Of a DNA stretch of 64,000 nucleotides, positions 26,824 through 36,506 are shown in pieces. The translations under genes were made by a program, and so were the position numbers. Positions within the stretch are counted from its first letter, which is position 1. The number at the start of each line of letters is the position of its first letter. Under the pieces are notes generated by a model. The model worked only from the letters and a program-made list of their open reading frames with translations. It was not told where the DNA came from and made no database searches. The stretch comes from an uncultured bacterium (GTDB lineage Bacteria; Latescibacterota; MWCZ01). The stretch is from NCBI GenBank assembly GCA_964510105.1, contig CAZEAI010000001.1, positions 74,693-138,692 on the forward strand, in the 5' to 3' direction.

Positions 26824-29205
26824 GTGGCGAATCGAGTAGAGATCAACGAGGGAGACACCGGCGGCAGCACGATTGCCGTCGCCGGACTTGCCACCGCGCT
26901 GGGCCCGCTCCATCGGCGGGTCACCATCGACGGCGGCGAGCACTGCCTCTCGACGATTACCCGGGATGCCGAAGACACTCCGCGCGGCGAGCGGATCGAA
27001 TACCGCGGTCCGGGCTCTCCCGTGCGACTCGTGGAGTTTCGCTCGCCGCTGGACGACGGCCTCCGCAGCGAATTCCTGCTGGTGAACGATTCACCGAAAC
27101 GCCTCGTGCTGAACTCCGTCGAGCTGCTCGGATTGGACGCGGTCGGCTGCGTCGGATTCGACTCGGGGGCATCCCGCCTTCGCGCGCTCGAACAGGGGGC
27201 GTACTGGGGCCACGTCGTCGACTTCGCACCCGAATCCGGCGAGCGCGACGGCGCATCCGACCTCGTATGGGTCCTCGCCGACGAAGCAAGCGGCGCATCG
27301 ATGCTTGTAGGATTCGAGACGGCGCACCGCTGGAAGGGCACGATCCAGACGCGCGTCGTTGGTGAGGAACTCGCGGCGTTATCCGTTGGCTTCGACGGCG
27401 GCGACACAGCCATCGAGCCGCGAGCGACGGTGCAACTCGAGGACTTGCTGATACTCGCCGGCGACGACCCGCTGGACCTGCTGGATCGGTACGGCGAGAC
27501 CACCCGCGCGCGCCACCAGCCTGATATCCTCGCCGAGTCGCCCGTCACGTGGTGCTCATGGTACCCGCACCGCCTCGGCGTCACTCACGAACGGGTGATG
27601 CGAAACGCGCGCGTCGCCGCCGAACGCCTCAAGCCGCTCGGACTCTCGACGATGCTGGTCGACCTGGGCTGGCAGGAGGGGTGGCTGCCGAGCATCTTCG
27701 ACGAGAAGGACGAGTTCCCCGGCGGCCTGCGGGCACTTGCGGACGACCTCGCCGAACTCGGACTCGACCTGGGAGTCTGGTCCGCGCCGACCTCCATCAG
27801 CGCGCACGACCCGGTCGCACAGGAGCGCCCCGAATGGCTCGTCCCCGGCGAGGACGGGTCGCCACGAGAGGCGGGGACATGGTTCTGGGCGCCGCACGGC
27901 CCCATTCACATCCTCGACCTGACGCATCCCGGCGCACGCGGGTGGCTACGCGAGCGCATCGCACTGCTGGCGGAGCGAGGCTGCCGGTATTTCAAAGGCG
28001 ACTTCGTCGGGAACATCCAATCGGGCGACGCGAAGCGACGGCACGACGACTCCATCGTCGGAGGCGGCGGGCTGGAAACGGGGCACATCGCCGCGCGAAT
28101 CTTCATGGACGCCCTCCGCGAACACCGGCCGGACGCGCTCGTGCTGTCGTGCGGCGGCCCGGAGCTGCCCGGCCCCAGCGCCTCGAACCTGCTCTACTCG
28201 TGCGACGACACCGGCAACACCGGCTACGTCGGCTGGGAGCTTCTGAGGCGAACGCAGCTCTCCATCGCGACGCACCTGTTCAAGCACCGTCGCTGGGGCG
28301 TCATTCAGCCGTCATGCATGAGCACCGGCCTGCCCGGCACGATCGACGAAGCGCGCGTCAGAGCCACGACGGCGTTCATGTCGGGCGGCCAGATCGACAT
28401 CGGCGACGATCTGACGAAACTGCCCGAGGACCGCTGGCGTATCCTCACCGCGACGTTGCCTCCGTACGGCAAAGCAGCCCGACCCATCGATCTGTTCACG
28501 CCGATCCAGCGCGCGCGCGGCGGCTACAGCACGGCCACGGTCGGGACGGGGATCGATCTGGCGGGTGTGCCTCCGGCGCCGCCGGCATCGGTGTGGGCGC
28601 TGCCCATCGACGCGGGGTGGGATTCCTGGACACTCGTCGCCGTGTTCAGCTATGATCTTCCGGACATCGCGGGCGACCGTGGTGAGGCCCAACTCGATAC
28701 GTTCTTCCTGCCCGTCGAGCGCCTGGGACTTCCGCCGCGAGACGATCTCTGGGCATACGAGTTCTGGTCCGGCCAGTTCTCCGGAAATCTTCCCGCCGAT
28801 CCACCACCGATGCCGGACTACCAGCATCCCGGCGACATGCAGTCGCTTGTTGCGCGACCGGACTCCGGCACGCTCGCGGTGAGCTTCTTCGGACCGGGCG
28901 TGAAGCTGCTCGCCGTGCGACGCGCTCCGGATCATCCCTGGGTCGCCGGAACGGACTTCCACCAGTCGTGCGGCTTCGAACTCGCGGATGTGCGATGGGA
29001 GCCGGGTACAGGCACACTCTCCGGCAGTATCGACCGTCCCGCCGGCACATGTGGAGCTATCGCGCTGGCGGGGTTCGGAGCATCGAACCCGCACGCCACT
29101 GTCAACGGCAGCCCGGCGTCTGCCCGGACGGGATCGGGCGGTTCACTGGTCGTACCGGTCTCCGTCGAATCCGAAGGAACGCTCTGGGAGGTCCGGTTCG
29201 ACTGA
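26824..29205 (+). CDS. Glycoside hydrolase, clan GH-D (GH36-like alpha-galactosidase family candidate)
   Basis: TIM-barrel entry motif TWCSWY, MLVDLGWQ (DDGW-like), and KxD nucleophile-like RYFKGDF; N-terminal beta-sandwich of about 230 aa; 793 aa. Confidence 0.5.
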   Translation: MANRVEINEGDTGGSTIAVAGLATALGPLHRRVTIDGGEHCLSTITRDAEDTPRGERIEYRGPGSPVRLVEFRSPLDDGLRSEFLLVNDSPKRLVLNSVELLGLDAVGCVGFDSGASRLRALEQGAYWGHVVDFAPESGERDGASDLVWVLADEASGASMLVGFETAHRWKGTIQTRVVGEELAALSVGFDGGDTAIEPRATVQLEDLLILAGDDPLDLLDRYGETTRARHQPDILAESPVTWCSWYPHRLGVTHERVMRNARVAAERLKPLGLSTMLVDLGWQEGWLPSIFDEKDEFPGGLRALADDLAELGLDLGVWSAPTSISAHDPVAQERPEWLVPGEDGSPREAGTWFWAPHGPIHILDLTHPGARGWLRERIALLAERGCRYFKGDFVGNIQSGDAKRRHDDSIVGGGGLETGHIAARIFMDALREHRPDALVLSCGGPELPGPSASNLLYSCDDTGNTGYVGWELLRRTQLSIATHLFKHRRWGVIQPSCMSTGLPGTIDEARVRATTAFMSGGQIDIGDDLTKLPEDRWRILTATLPPYGKAARPIDLFTPIQRARGGYSTATVGTGIDLAGVPPAPPASVWALPIDAGWDSWTLVAVFSYDLPDIAGDRGEAQLDTFFLPVERLGLPPRDDLWAYEFWSGQFSGNLPADPPPMPDYQHPGDMQSLVARPDSGTLAVSFFGPGVKLLAVRRAPDHPWVAGTDFHQSCGFELADVRWEPGTGTLSGSIDRPAGTCGAIALAGFGASNPHATVNGSPASARTGSGGSLVVPVSVESEGTLWEVRFD

Positions 29206-29213
29206 ATCGGGTC

Positions 29214-30287
29214 TTACAGTCCGATAGCGCGGGCCGGTCCCATCTCCAGCGCGTGCCGGAAGACCGCGTCCACCACGGTGAGCGTAGCGAGGGCCTCGTC
29301 AGGCGTCGGGCTCTCCGGTATGCCTTCGGCGACGCTGCGCAGGTAATGCGTGATCTCGCGCCTGAACGCCCACTCGGGCGGCGATTCGACCACCTCTCGA
29401 CGTCCTTCCCGCCCACGGTAGATCTCAATCGTTCCCGGAACGTTTCTGTGAAGTGCGGGGGGCGACGAGAACCGCAGCCATCCGCCCTCGTAGTGCAGTT
29501 CGATCCATTCCTCCCATACGCCCGGCTGCGCGGGCCCGTCCACCAGCACCGCCCGGGCCCCGGCCCAATCGAGCATGACCACCGAGGCCGGATCGGGCTC
29601 CGGATGCGACGTGATTACGCCGGTTGGCGGACCGATCCAGAATGAGATGAGATCGAGCGCGTGGGACGTGTAGTTGTTGAACCATGCCCATGGCCCGTGC
29701 AGATGACCCGGTAGCCACTCCGGCCACTTGTAGGCTGACGCTTCCTCCGGCTGGCTGTCGCCTGCGGACATGATCCCGTCCGGACGGCATTGCCAATCGC
29801 CACCGAGCGACTGGTAGCGAATCAGCCGGAGCCGCCCCATCTCGCCGCTTTCCGACCATCCCCGCACGATGTCGCGCACCTGCTCGGCCGCCGGGTCGTG
29901 ACGCCGCTGGAACGCGAGCTGCAACCGGACACCGGAACGTTTCGCCGTGTCGATGATCGCTCGCCCGTCCTCAAGGGTCGTCGCCAGAGGCTTCTCCATG
30001 AAGACGTGCTTGCCGGCGGTCATCGCGGCGATCGACAGCTCGCGATGGACCGGATCGGGCACGCTGAGCACCAGCGCATCGACGGATTCGCCGGAGAGCA
30101 TGTCCTCAAGCGATGAGTACACGGCGGGGATGTGGTAGCGACTCGCCACGAGCCCGGCTGTCTCAACGCGAGCGTCCGCCAGGGCAACGACTCGGCAGCG
30201 CTCATCCTCCGCAAGCAGGTTTGGGATGTGCGCACGCTGGGACATAAGCCCCGCTCCCACGACGCCAATTCTCACGAGATCTTCCAT
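29214..30287 (-). CDS. Gfo/Idh/MocA-family NAD(P)-dependent oxidoreductase
   Basis: IGVVGAGLMSQRAHIPNL Rossmann start and EKPLA motif. Confidence 0.8.
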   Translation of the reverse strand: MEDLVRIGVVGAGLMSQRAHIPNLLAEDERCRVVALADARVETAGLVASRYHIPAVYSSLEDMLSGESVDALVLSVPDPVHRELSIAAMTAGKHVFMEKPLATTLEDGRAIIDTAKRSGVRLQLAFQRRHDPAAEQVRDIVRGWSESGEMGRLRLIRYQSLGGDWQCRPDGIMSAGDSQPEEASAYKWPEWLPGHLHGPWAWFNNYTSHALDLISFWIGPPTGVITSHPEPDPASVVMLDWAGARAVLVDGPAQPGVWEEWIELHYEGGWLRFSSPPALHRNVPGTIEIYRGREGRREVVESPPEWAFRREITHYLRSVAEGIPESPTPDEALATLTVVDAVFRHALEMGPARAIGL

Positions 30288-30473
30288 GGTCTTCCTTGCC
30301 GGTTCGCGTGTATCGATGACATCGCCTTAGGCCGGGCGAGCGGCGGCGAGCCCCTGGGGCGCTCGTCGGTTGCAACATACGGCGCACGTTGCGAGTCTCT
30401 AAAACACTGAGCGCACGTCGGCAACCTCTACTGGCAACACCCGGGATTCCGCCGAATTCGATCAAGGAAGCAT

Positions 30474-33400
30474 ATGCCCGTTCACCGTCTGCGCGAAAGC
30501 CTCCTGCCTCGATTATCTCTACTTCGCCCCGTCACGGTCGTGATGGCGTTCATCGCGCTCCTCGTCATCGGCTACATCGCCTCCTCGCGCATTCCTCTCG
30601 CCATGCTGCCCGGAGGGTTCGAGCAGCGGTGGCTGGGGATGTGGGTCTCATACCGCAATGCCAGTCCGACTGAGGTCGAGCACATGATCGCTCGTCCACT
30701 GGAGGGCATGCTTCGCACGCTTGGCGGCGTCGAGCGGATCTACACCTCGAGCAGCCACGGCGGGTGCTGGGCATACGTGCGCTTCCGGCAGTCGGTGGAT
30801 CTGGACGAGGCATACAACCGCTTCCGCGACAGAATAGACCGAATCAAGGTCGAACTCCCCGAAGACGTCGACTACATCCGCGTCATAAAGCGCGGCACCG
30901 ACGACATCCCCATTCTGTGGATCAGCTTCGCCGTCAGCGAAGACCGGTCCGACCTGTACGATATCGTCGAGCAGCAGATCATGCAGCCGATCGAGCGGAT
31001 CGACGGCGTCGCTCGCGTGGTAGCCGACGACGTGGATCCGTCGCGGGCTGAGATCGAGATCGTGCAGGACCGAGCGAACGCGCATGGCGTCGGTGTGTAT
31101 GAACTCGTGCAGCAACTCAGGCGCGACAACTTCTCTCTAACGAGCGGGTTCATCCGTCAGGGCGCGCAGAAGCTCTACGTCCGATCGGACTCGCGGTTCG
31201 GATCGCTTGCCGAAATCGAGAACTTGCCCATCGAAGGGCATCCCGGGCTGAGGGTGCGCGACATTGCGCTGGTCACGTACGGGCCGCGCGAGCAGAGATT
31301 CTACGAACGAATGGATGGCGAGCGCTCGTTCTCCATCGCCGTCTTCAAGGAGTCGATGGCGAACTCCGTTCAGACGTCCCGCGAAGTGGTCGAACTCCTG
31401 CAAGACGATCTGATGACTCGTGACGTGATGCAGGATTTCGAGATGCGCGTCCTGTTCGACCAGGGGCTGAACATCACACGCTCGCTCGACCAGCTCCGAA
31501 GCGCCGGGCTGTGGGGCGGGTTCTTCGCGCTGTTCGTGCTCTACTTCTTCCTCCGACGCGTTCGCATGACGCTGGTGATTACCGGCGCGATACCGCTCTC
31601 CGTGCTGGTTTCGCTTGGCACGATGTATCTCGTGGGCTGGTCGCTCAACGTCATCACGATGATGGGGCTCATCATCGGAGTCGGGATGGTGGTGGACAAT
31701 TCCATCGTCGTCGTGGAGGCCATCTACGCTCGCAGGCTCAGCGGAGAGAGTCCGTTCAAGTCGGCGCTTCACGGCGCCAGCGAGGTCGGGCTTGCCATTA
31801 CCATGAGTACCCTCACCACCGTCGTGGTCTTCCTGCCACTGATATTCATGTCGGGCGAGGCCGAGATGTCGTTCTACATGGCGCGCATCGGCATGCCGGT
31901 GATCTTCGCGCTGCTTGGCTCGCTGCTTGTTGCGCTGCTGTTCATCCCACTGGTCACGAGCCGTCTCATGAGCGGCAAGCCCCCGGCCGAACCGCGCTCG
32001 ATTACGGCCGCGAGCGGGCTTTACACCCGCGCCCTGAACTGGGTTATGACGCATCGCGTGGAGTCGGTCGTGCTGGTCCTCGCTGCGTTCTGGTCGATCA
32101 GCATACCCGCGGGAGGGCTCGCGAAGTCGACCCGCGGCGGCGGCCGTTTCTCGCCGAGGATCTACGTCCGATTCGACATGCCCGATCACTACGACCTCGC
32201 CGCAACCGACAGCGTCCTCGCCCACTACGAGCGCTTCATGGGCGCAAACCGCGAACTCTACGGCGTGAAGACGATCGACGCCGGATTCCGGCCTGGACGG
32301 GCGCGGATCAGAGGCTTCATCGAACTTGACGACCGGCAGTGGTACACCATCGTGTACCACGATATCATGGACAAGATCGGGCTCCCGGTCTACGCGCGCC
32401 TGTCGAGCAAAGACGCAATCGCGCACTTCCGCGACAACGCGCCTCGATTCCCCGGTGTGGAGATGAACATCGACCGCTCCGACGAGGGCGAGGCCAGATC
32501 GTCGGTAACGCTTTTCGGCGACGATACGCCGACACTCGTTCGTCTGGCCGGAGAGGTCGAGCGCCGTCTGCGTGGGCTGCCCAGCGTCAAGGAAGTCGAC
32601 TCCGACATGGAGGACGGCGATCAGGAGCTGCGTCTGTCCATAGACCGCGACAGGGCACGGCACTACGGGCTCGACGGCCGGACGGTCGCTTCGTCGCTCG
32701 GATATGCTCTCCGCGGGATGCCCCTGCGTGCGTACAGAACCGACGACCGGGAAGTGGACCTGCGTATCCGCCTGCGCGAGGAAGACCGCATGACCCTCGA
32801 CCAGGTACTGAACATGCCGGTAGTCGGCCGGGACGGAGCCACGGCGCGAATCGGGAACCTCGTCAGCGTCGAGGTCGGTCGCGGGCTCGATCGGATCAGC
32901 CGCGAGAACGGCAAGACGCGCGTCAGGGTGACAGCGGTCAGCACCGAACGCGATACGCGGAATCTGGCCCGGCAGATACGGGGCGCGCTTGAGGGCTTCG
33001 AACTCCCGCGCGGGTACCAGTGGACGCTGAGCGGGCGGTTCGAACAAATGAAGGAGGAGGAGGGTGACATGACGTTCGCTATCATCATGTCGACGCTCTT
33101 CGTACTGCTCCTCATGGGGATTCTGTTCGAGTCCTTCGTGCTGCCGTTCTCGGTCATCGTCTCGATTCCGTTCAGCTTCCTCGGAGTGTACTGGCTGCTC
33201 TGGCTCACCGGCACGACGCTGGACATGATGGCCAGGATCGGCACCATCGTGCTCATCGGAGTCGTCGTGAACAACGCGATCGTCCTGGTCGACCTCGTGA
33301 ACCGGCTTCGGGCCGAAGGGTGGAGCCGACACGACGCGATCATCGAGGCGGGCCGCAACCGAATCCGCCCCATCGTAATGACCAGCGCCACGACCATCTT

Positions 33401-33650
33401 CGGCCTGCTGCCGATGGCCCTGGGCAACAGCGACATGGCCGGCATCTCGTACGTCAGCATGGGGCGAGCGATGATTGGCGGGCTGGTGACATCGACCGGG
33501 CTGACGCTGTTCGTCGTGCCGTTGTTCTACAGCTTCCTCGACGACCTGCGGCAAACATCGGCGCGACTGGCCCGGCTCACCTTCGCGCGGAAGGCATCGC
33601 CGACTCCTGAGCCCGTTCCCGTGCCCGCGCCGGATGCCGCTGGGCGGTGA
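30474..33650 (+). CDS. RND efflux transporter permease (AcrB/HAE-type), no adjacent MFP/OMF partners
   Basis: 1058 aa, 12-TM/two large periplasmic loops architecture, with conserved RND motifs throughout. Confidence 0.9.
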   Translation: MPVHRLRESLLPRLSLLRPVTVVMAFIALLVIGYIASSRIPLAMLPGGFEQRWLGMWVSYRNASPTEVEHMIARPLEGMLRTLGGVERIYTSSSHGGCWAYVRFRQSVDLDEAYNRFRDRIDRIKVELPEDVDYIRVIKRGTDDIPILWISFAVSEDRSDLYDIVEQQIMQPIERIDGVARVVADDVDPSRAEIEIVQDRANAHGVGVYELVQQLRRDNFSLTSGFIRQGAQKLYVRSDSRFGSLAEIENLPIEGHPGLRVRDIALVTYGPREQRFYERMDGERSFSIAVFKESMANSVQTSREVVELLQDDLMTRDVMQDFEMRVLFDQGLNITRSLDQLRSAGLWGGFFALFVLYFFLRRVRMTLVITGAIPLSVLVSLGTMYLVGWSLNVITMMGLIIGVGMVVDNSIVVVEAIYARRLSGESPFKSALHGASEVGLAITMSTLTTVVVFLPLIFMSGEAEMSFYMARIGMPVIFALLGSLLVALLFIPLVTSRLMSGKPPAEPRSITAASGLYTRALNWVMTHRVESVVLVLAAFWSISIPAGGLAKSTRGGGRFSPRIYVRFDMPDHYDLAATDSVLAHYERFMGANRELYGVKTIDAGFRPGRARIRGFIELDDRQWYTIVYHDIMDKIGLPVYARLSSKDAIAHFRDNAPRFPGVEMNIDRSDEGEARSSVTLFGDDTPTLVRLAGEVERRLRGLPSVKEVDSDMEDGDQELRLSIDRDRARHYGLDGRTVASSLGYALRGMPLRAYRTDDREVDLRIRLREEDRMTLDQVLNMPVVGRDGATARIGNLVSVEVGRGLDRISRENGKTRVRVTAVSTERDTRNLARQIRGALEGFELPRGYQWTLSGRFEQMKEEEGDMTFAIIMSTLFVLLLMGILFESFVLPFSVIVSIPFSFLGVYWLLWLTGTTLDMMARIGTIVLIGVVVNNAIVLVDLVNRLRAEGWSRHDAIIEAGRNRIRPIVMTSATTIFGLLPMALGNSDMAGISYVSMGRAMIGGLVTSTGLTLFVVPLFYSFLDDLRQTSARLARLTFARKASPTPEPVPVPAPDAAGR

Positions 33651-33713
33651 CGATTGCGCTGCACGTAGCCGCTCAGCCGGCTGCGTGGCTGCTCGCAGGG
33701 AAGACACCGTCAT

Positions 33714-33751
33714 CAGAATGGCCCCGCGGTGAGCCCCCGACGCCATTCTGA
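33714..33751. terminator. Stem-loop in the convergent spacer between RND and uvrD (10-bp stem TCAGAATGGC/GCCATTCTGA, 18-nt loop)
   Basis: Inverted repeat read from the sequence; no clear U-tract, so the terminator role is tentative. Confidence 0.3.
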
Positions 33752-33887
33752 GCACAGCGAAGAGCCGCTCCTGCTCCCACGGCGTTGGAGATTCCCCAAT
33801 TCGTGCGGAACGACGGCGGCATCACGTGGTATGTGGAGCGTTGGCATGCCCGGTACCGGAGCACTCGAACCACCCACGAGATAGGCG

Positions 33888-36173
33888 CTACGGGCAGGGC
33901 TCCAGTTGTGCCATCCGCGCGATGAGTTTCTTCGTGATACGGCGTTCGAACTGGATCGTGAGCTTCACATCCGGACCGGGATTTTCGCTCTTCACGATCT
34001 TGCCGCGACCGAACGTCGGGTGGACAACAAACCGCCCCACCTCGAAGAAATCCTCCACGACCTGCGAGATGTCGTCGTAGTTCGGCATCTCCTGAGCCGC
34101 ATCGTCATGGTTCGGAGCTTCCACGCGTCTGGCCGGTGCACTACGACTTCCGCCACCGAGCGGCCTGGGGATCGGACTGGCACCTCCGACAAGGCCGGGT
34201 ACACCCGTGGGCGCTCCAGTCCCGCGGCGTGGCGAGCGCTCCCACTCGATGGTGATCTCCGGGATCTCGTCAAGGAAACGTGACGGCATGGTGGAGAGAT
34301 ACTCGTTGTACCGTCGGCGACGCTGAGCCTGGGAGAGGAACACGAACTCCTCCGCTCGTGTCAGCCCCACGTAGAACAGGCGGCGCTCCTCCTCGATCTC
34401 CTCGTCGCCACGCATCGACACGCCGAGCGGAAACAGATCCTCCTCCATCCCGGCGATGAACACGGCAGGGAACTCCAGGCCCTTCGCGCTGTGGAGCGTC
34501 ATAAGCGTGACGGCGTCGGCCTCGTCCTCCCACGTGTCGATGTCGGTGATGAGCGAGACCTCCTGCAAGAAGCCGCTCACCGACGTATCGCGCCCCTCGG
34601 CCTGTGCCGCTTCGGCGAAGCTCGTGGCGCCACCAAGGAGTTCGTCGAGATGCTGCTCGCGTGTCTCCGCCTCGACAGTCGCCTCCGCGCGCAACGACGC
34701 GAGATACCCCGACTCCTGCACGACGCGGTTGATCATCTCGTGCGCGGGTAGCGATTCCCGCTCGGCAACGAATCCGTCAATCAGCTCGACGAGATGTCGA
34801 ATCGCCGTGCCCTGCTTCGATGTTGCCGAGACCGGCACCAGATTCGGGTCGCGCATCACGTCGAGCAGTGAGACGTCGTGTTCTTCGGCAGTCTCGGCGA
34901 GCATCTGCACCGTCCTGTCGCCGACACCCCGCTTCGGAACGTTGATGATCCTGCGCAGGCTCAGCATGTCGCTGGGGTTGTCAACGACGCGCAGATAGCA
35001 CAGGATGTCCTTCACTTCCTTGCGCTCGTAGAATCGCAAGCCGCCGACAACGGCGTACGGAATCGCCATACTGGCCCGAACGAACGATTCCTCGATGGCT
35101 CGCGACTGGGCGTTCGTGCGGTACAGTATCGCGATGTCGCCGTATCGCTTCCCGTCAGCGCGGAGGGCACGAATCTTGTCGCCGATCCAGGATGCTTCCG
35201 CCCGCTCGTCATCCAGCGACGCGGCGACGATGGGTCCGCCTTCGTCGCCCTCGGTCCACAGTTCCTTGCCCTTGCGCTCGGAGTTGTTCTCCACGACCGC
35301 GCCCGCAGCCTTCAGTATCGTGGCGGTCGATCGGTAGTTCTGCTCCAGCCGGATGACTTCGGCATCGGAATAGTCCTTCTCGAAGTCGAGGATGTTCTGG
35401 ATGTCCGCGCCCCGCCATCCGTAGATCGACTGATCGTCGTCGCCCACCGCGCAGACGTTGTGGTGCCCGGCGGCGAGGTTCTTGACGAGCAGGTACTGCG
35501 CATGGTTGGTATCCTGGTACTCGTCGATGAGCAGGTGGTCGAACCGGCTCTGCCACGCCGCCAACACGTCGGGATGCTCGGCGAAAAGCCTCACCGGCAG
35601 GAGGAGCAGGTCGTCGAAATCGACGGCGTTGTTCGCGCCCATCTCGGTCTGATATTCGGCGTAGAGTTCCGCGATCAGGGCGGTGTGCTGCTCGTTGTGC
35701 TCACGAGCGTAGTCCTCGGGGCTCTGGAGATCGTTCTTCGCCTTCGATATCGCCTCGCGGACGCGACTGGTCTTGATGACCTTCTCGTCCAGCCCGCGGC
35801 GCCGGTATATCCGGCGCATGAGGGTCTTCGAGTCGTCGGTATCGTAGATCGTGAAGCTGCTGTCGAGGCCGATCGATCCGGCTTCCTGGCGAAGGATTCG
35901 TCCACAGACGGAGTGGAACGTGCCCATCCAGATCTGCGACGCGGACGGCCCGACAAGCGCGCGGACCCGCTCCTTCATCTCCTGTGCGGCCTTGTTCGTG
36001 AAGGTTACCGCCAGGATTCGCCACGGTGGGACGCCCTGATCGATGAGATGCGCGAGGCGGTGAGTGAGGGTGCGGGTCTTGCCGCTCCCCGCTCCCGCAA
36101 GGATGAGTACCGGACCGGCGGTGACTGATGCGGCTTTGCGCTGCGCGGGGTTCAGGCCGTCGAGGATCGACAT
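33888..36173 (-). CDS. uvrD: ATP-dependent DNA helicase UvrD/PcrA
   Basis: LNPAQRKAA, Walker A AGAGSGKT, and the UvrD helicase motifs throughout; start trimmed to MSILDGLNPAQ at 36173, as the track ORF has an 89-aa junk extension. Confidence 0.9.
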   Translation of the reverse strand: MSILDGLNPAQRKAASVTAGPVLILAGAGSGKTRTLTHRLAHLIDQGVPPWRILAVTFTNKAAQEMKERVRALVGPSASQIWMGTFHSVCGRILRQEAGSIGLDSSFTIYDTDDSKTLMRRIYRRRGLDEKVIKTSRVREAISKAKNDLQSPEDYAREHNEQHTALIAELYAEYQTEMGANNAVDFDDLLLLPVRLFAEHPDVLAAWQSRFDHLLIDEYQDTNHAQYLLVKNLAAGHHNVCAVGDDDQSIYGWRGADIQNILDFEKDYSDAEVIRLEQNYRSTATILKAAGAVVENNSERKGKELWTEGDEGGPIVAASLDDERAEASWIGDKIRALRADGKRYGDIAILYRTNAQSRAIEESFVRASMAIPYAVVGGLRFYERKEVKDILCYLRVVDNPSDMLSLRRIINVPKRGVGDRTVQMLAETAEEHDVSLLDVMRDPNLVPVSATSKQGTAIRHLVELIDGFVAERESLPAHEMINRVVQESGYLASLRAEATVEAETREQHLDELLGGATSFAEAAQAEGRDTSVSGFLQEVSLITDIDTWEDEADAVTLMTLHSAKGLEFPAVFIAGMEEDLFPLGVSMRGDEEIEEERRLFYVGLTRAEEFVFLSQAQRRRRYNEYLSTMPSRFLDEIPEITIEWERSPRRGTGAPTGVPGLVGGASPIPRPLGGGSRSAPARRVEAPNHDDAAQEMPNYDDISQVVEDFFEVGRFVVHPTFGRGKIVKSENPGPDVKLTIQFERRITKKLIARMAQLEPCP

Positions 36174-36506
36174 CGAGGCGGCGTTCCTTCGCTGATTTGT
36201 GTGGAACTCGGCGTACCGGCGTGCGGTGGGAACGGGAATGAAACTACTCGGCGCCCACGGGTGCCAACAAGGGTTCGTCGGCGGCGGGGCCGCGTTCGCG
36301 CGTCGGGTTGCGCCGTGTGGCCTCAGGCAGGATATTCCCGGCGGGCAGAGTCCGCGCCCGGAGCGCAAAGCATACCGATTTCGGAACGCGTTCAAACGCA
36401 CATCGCTCCGCGATCCTCCGCCACAGCTCCGAGGGGTCACGTGCCGGTGAAATCATATCGCCTAATCCAGCGTCTTCGGTCGACGACAGGCGCAGGGGGG
36501 TCTTTC

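Noticed and set aside
31137-33755. 872-aa ORF antisense to the RND permease
   Set aside because: Same artefact: RND motifs are on the + strand and the antisense translation is Arg/His/Asp-rich junk.
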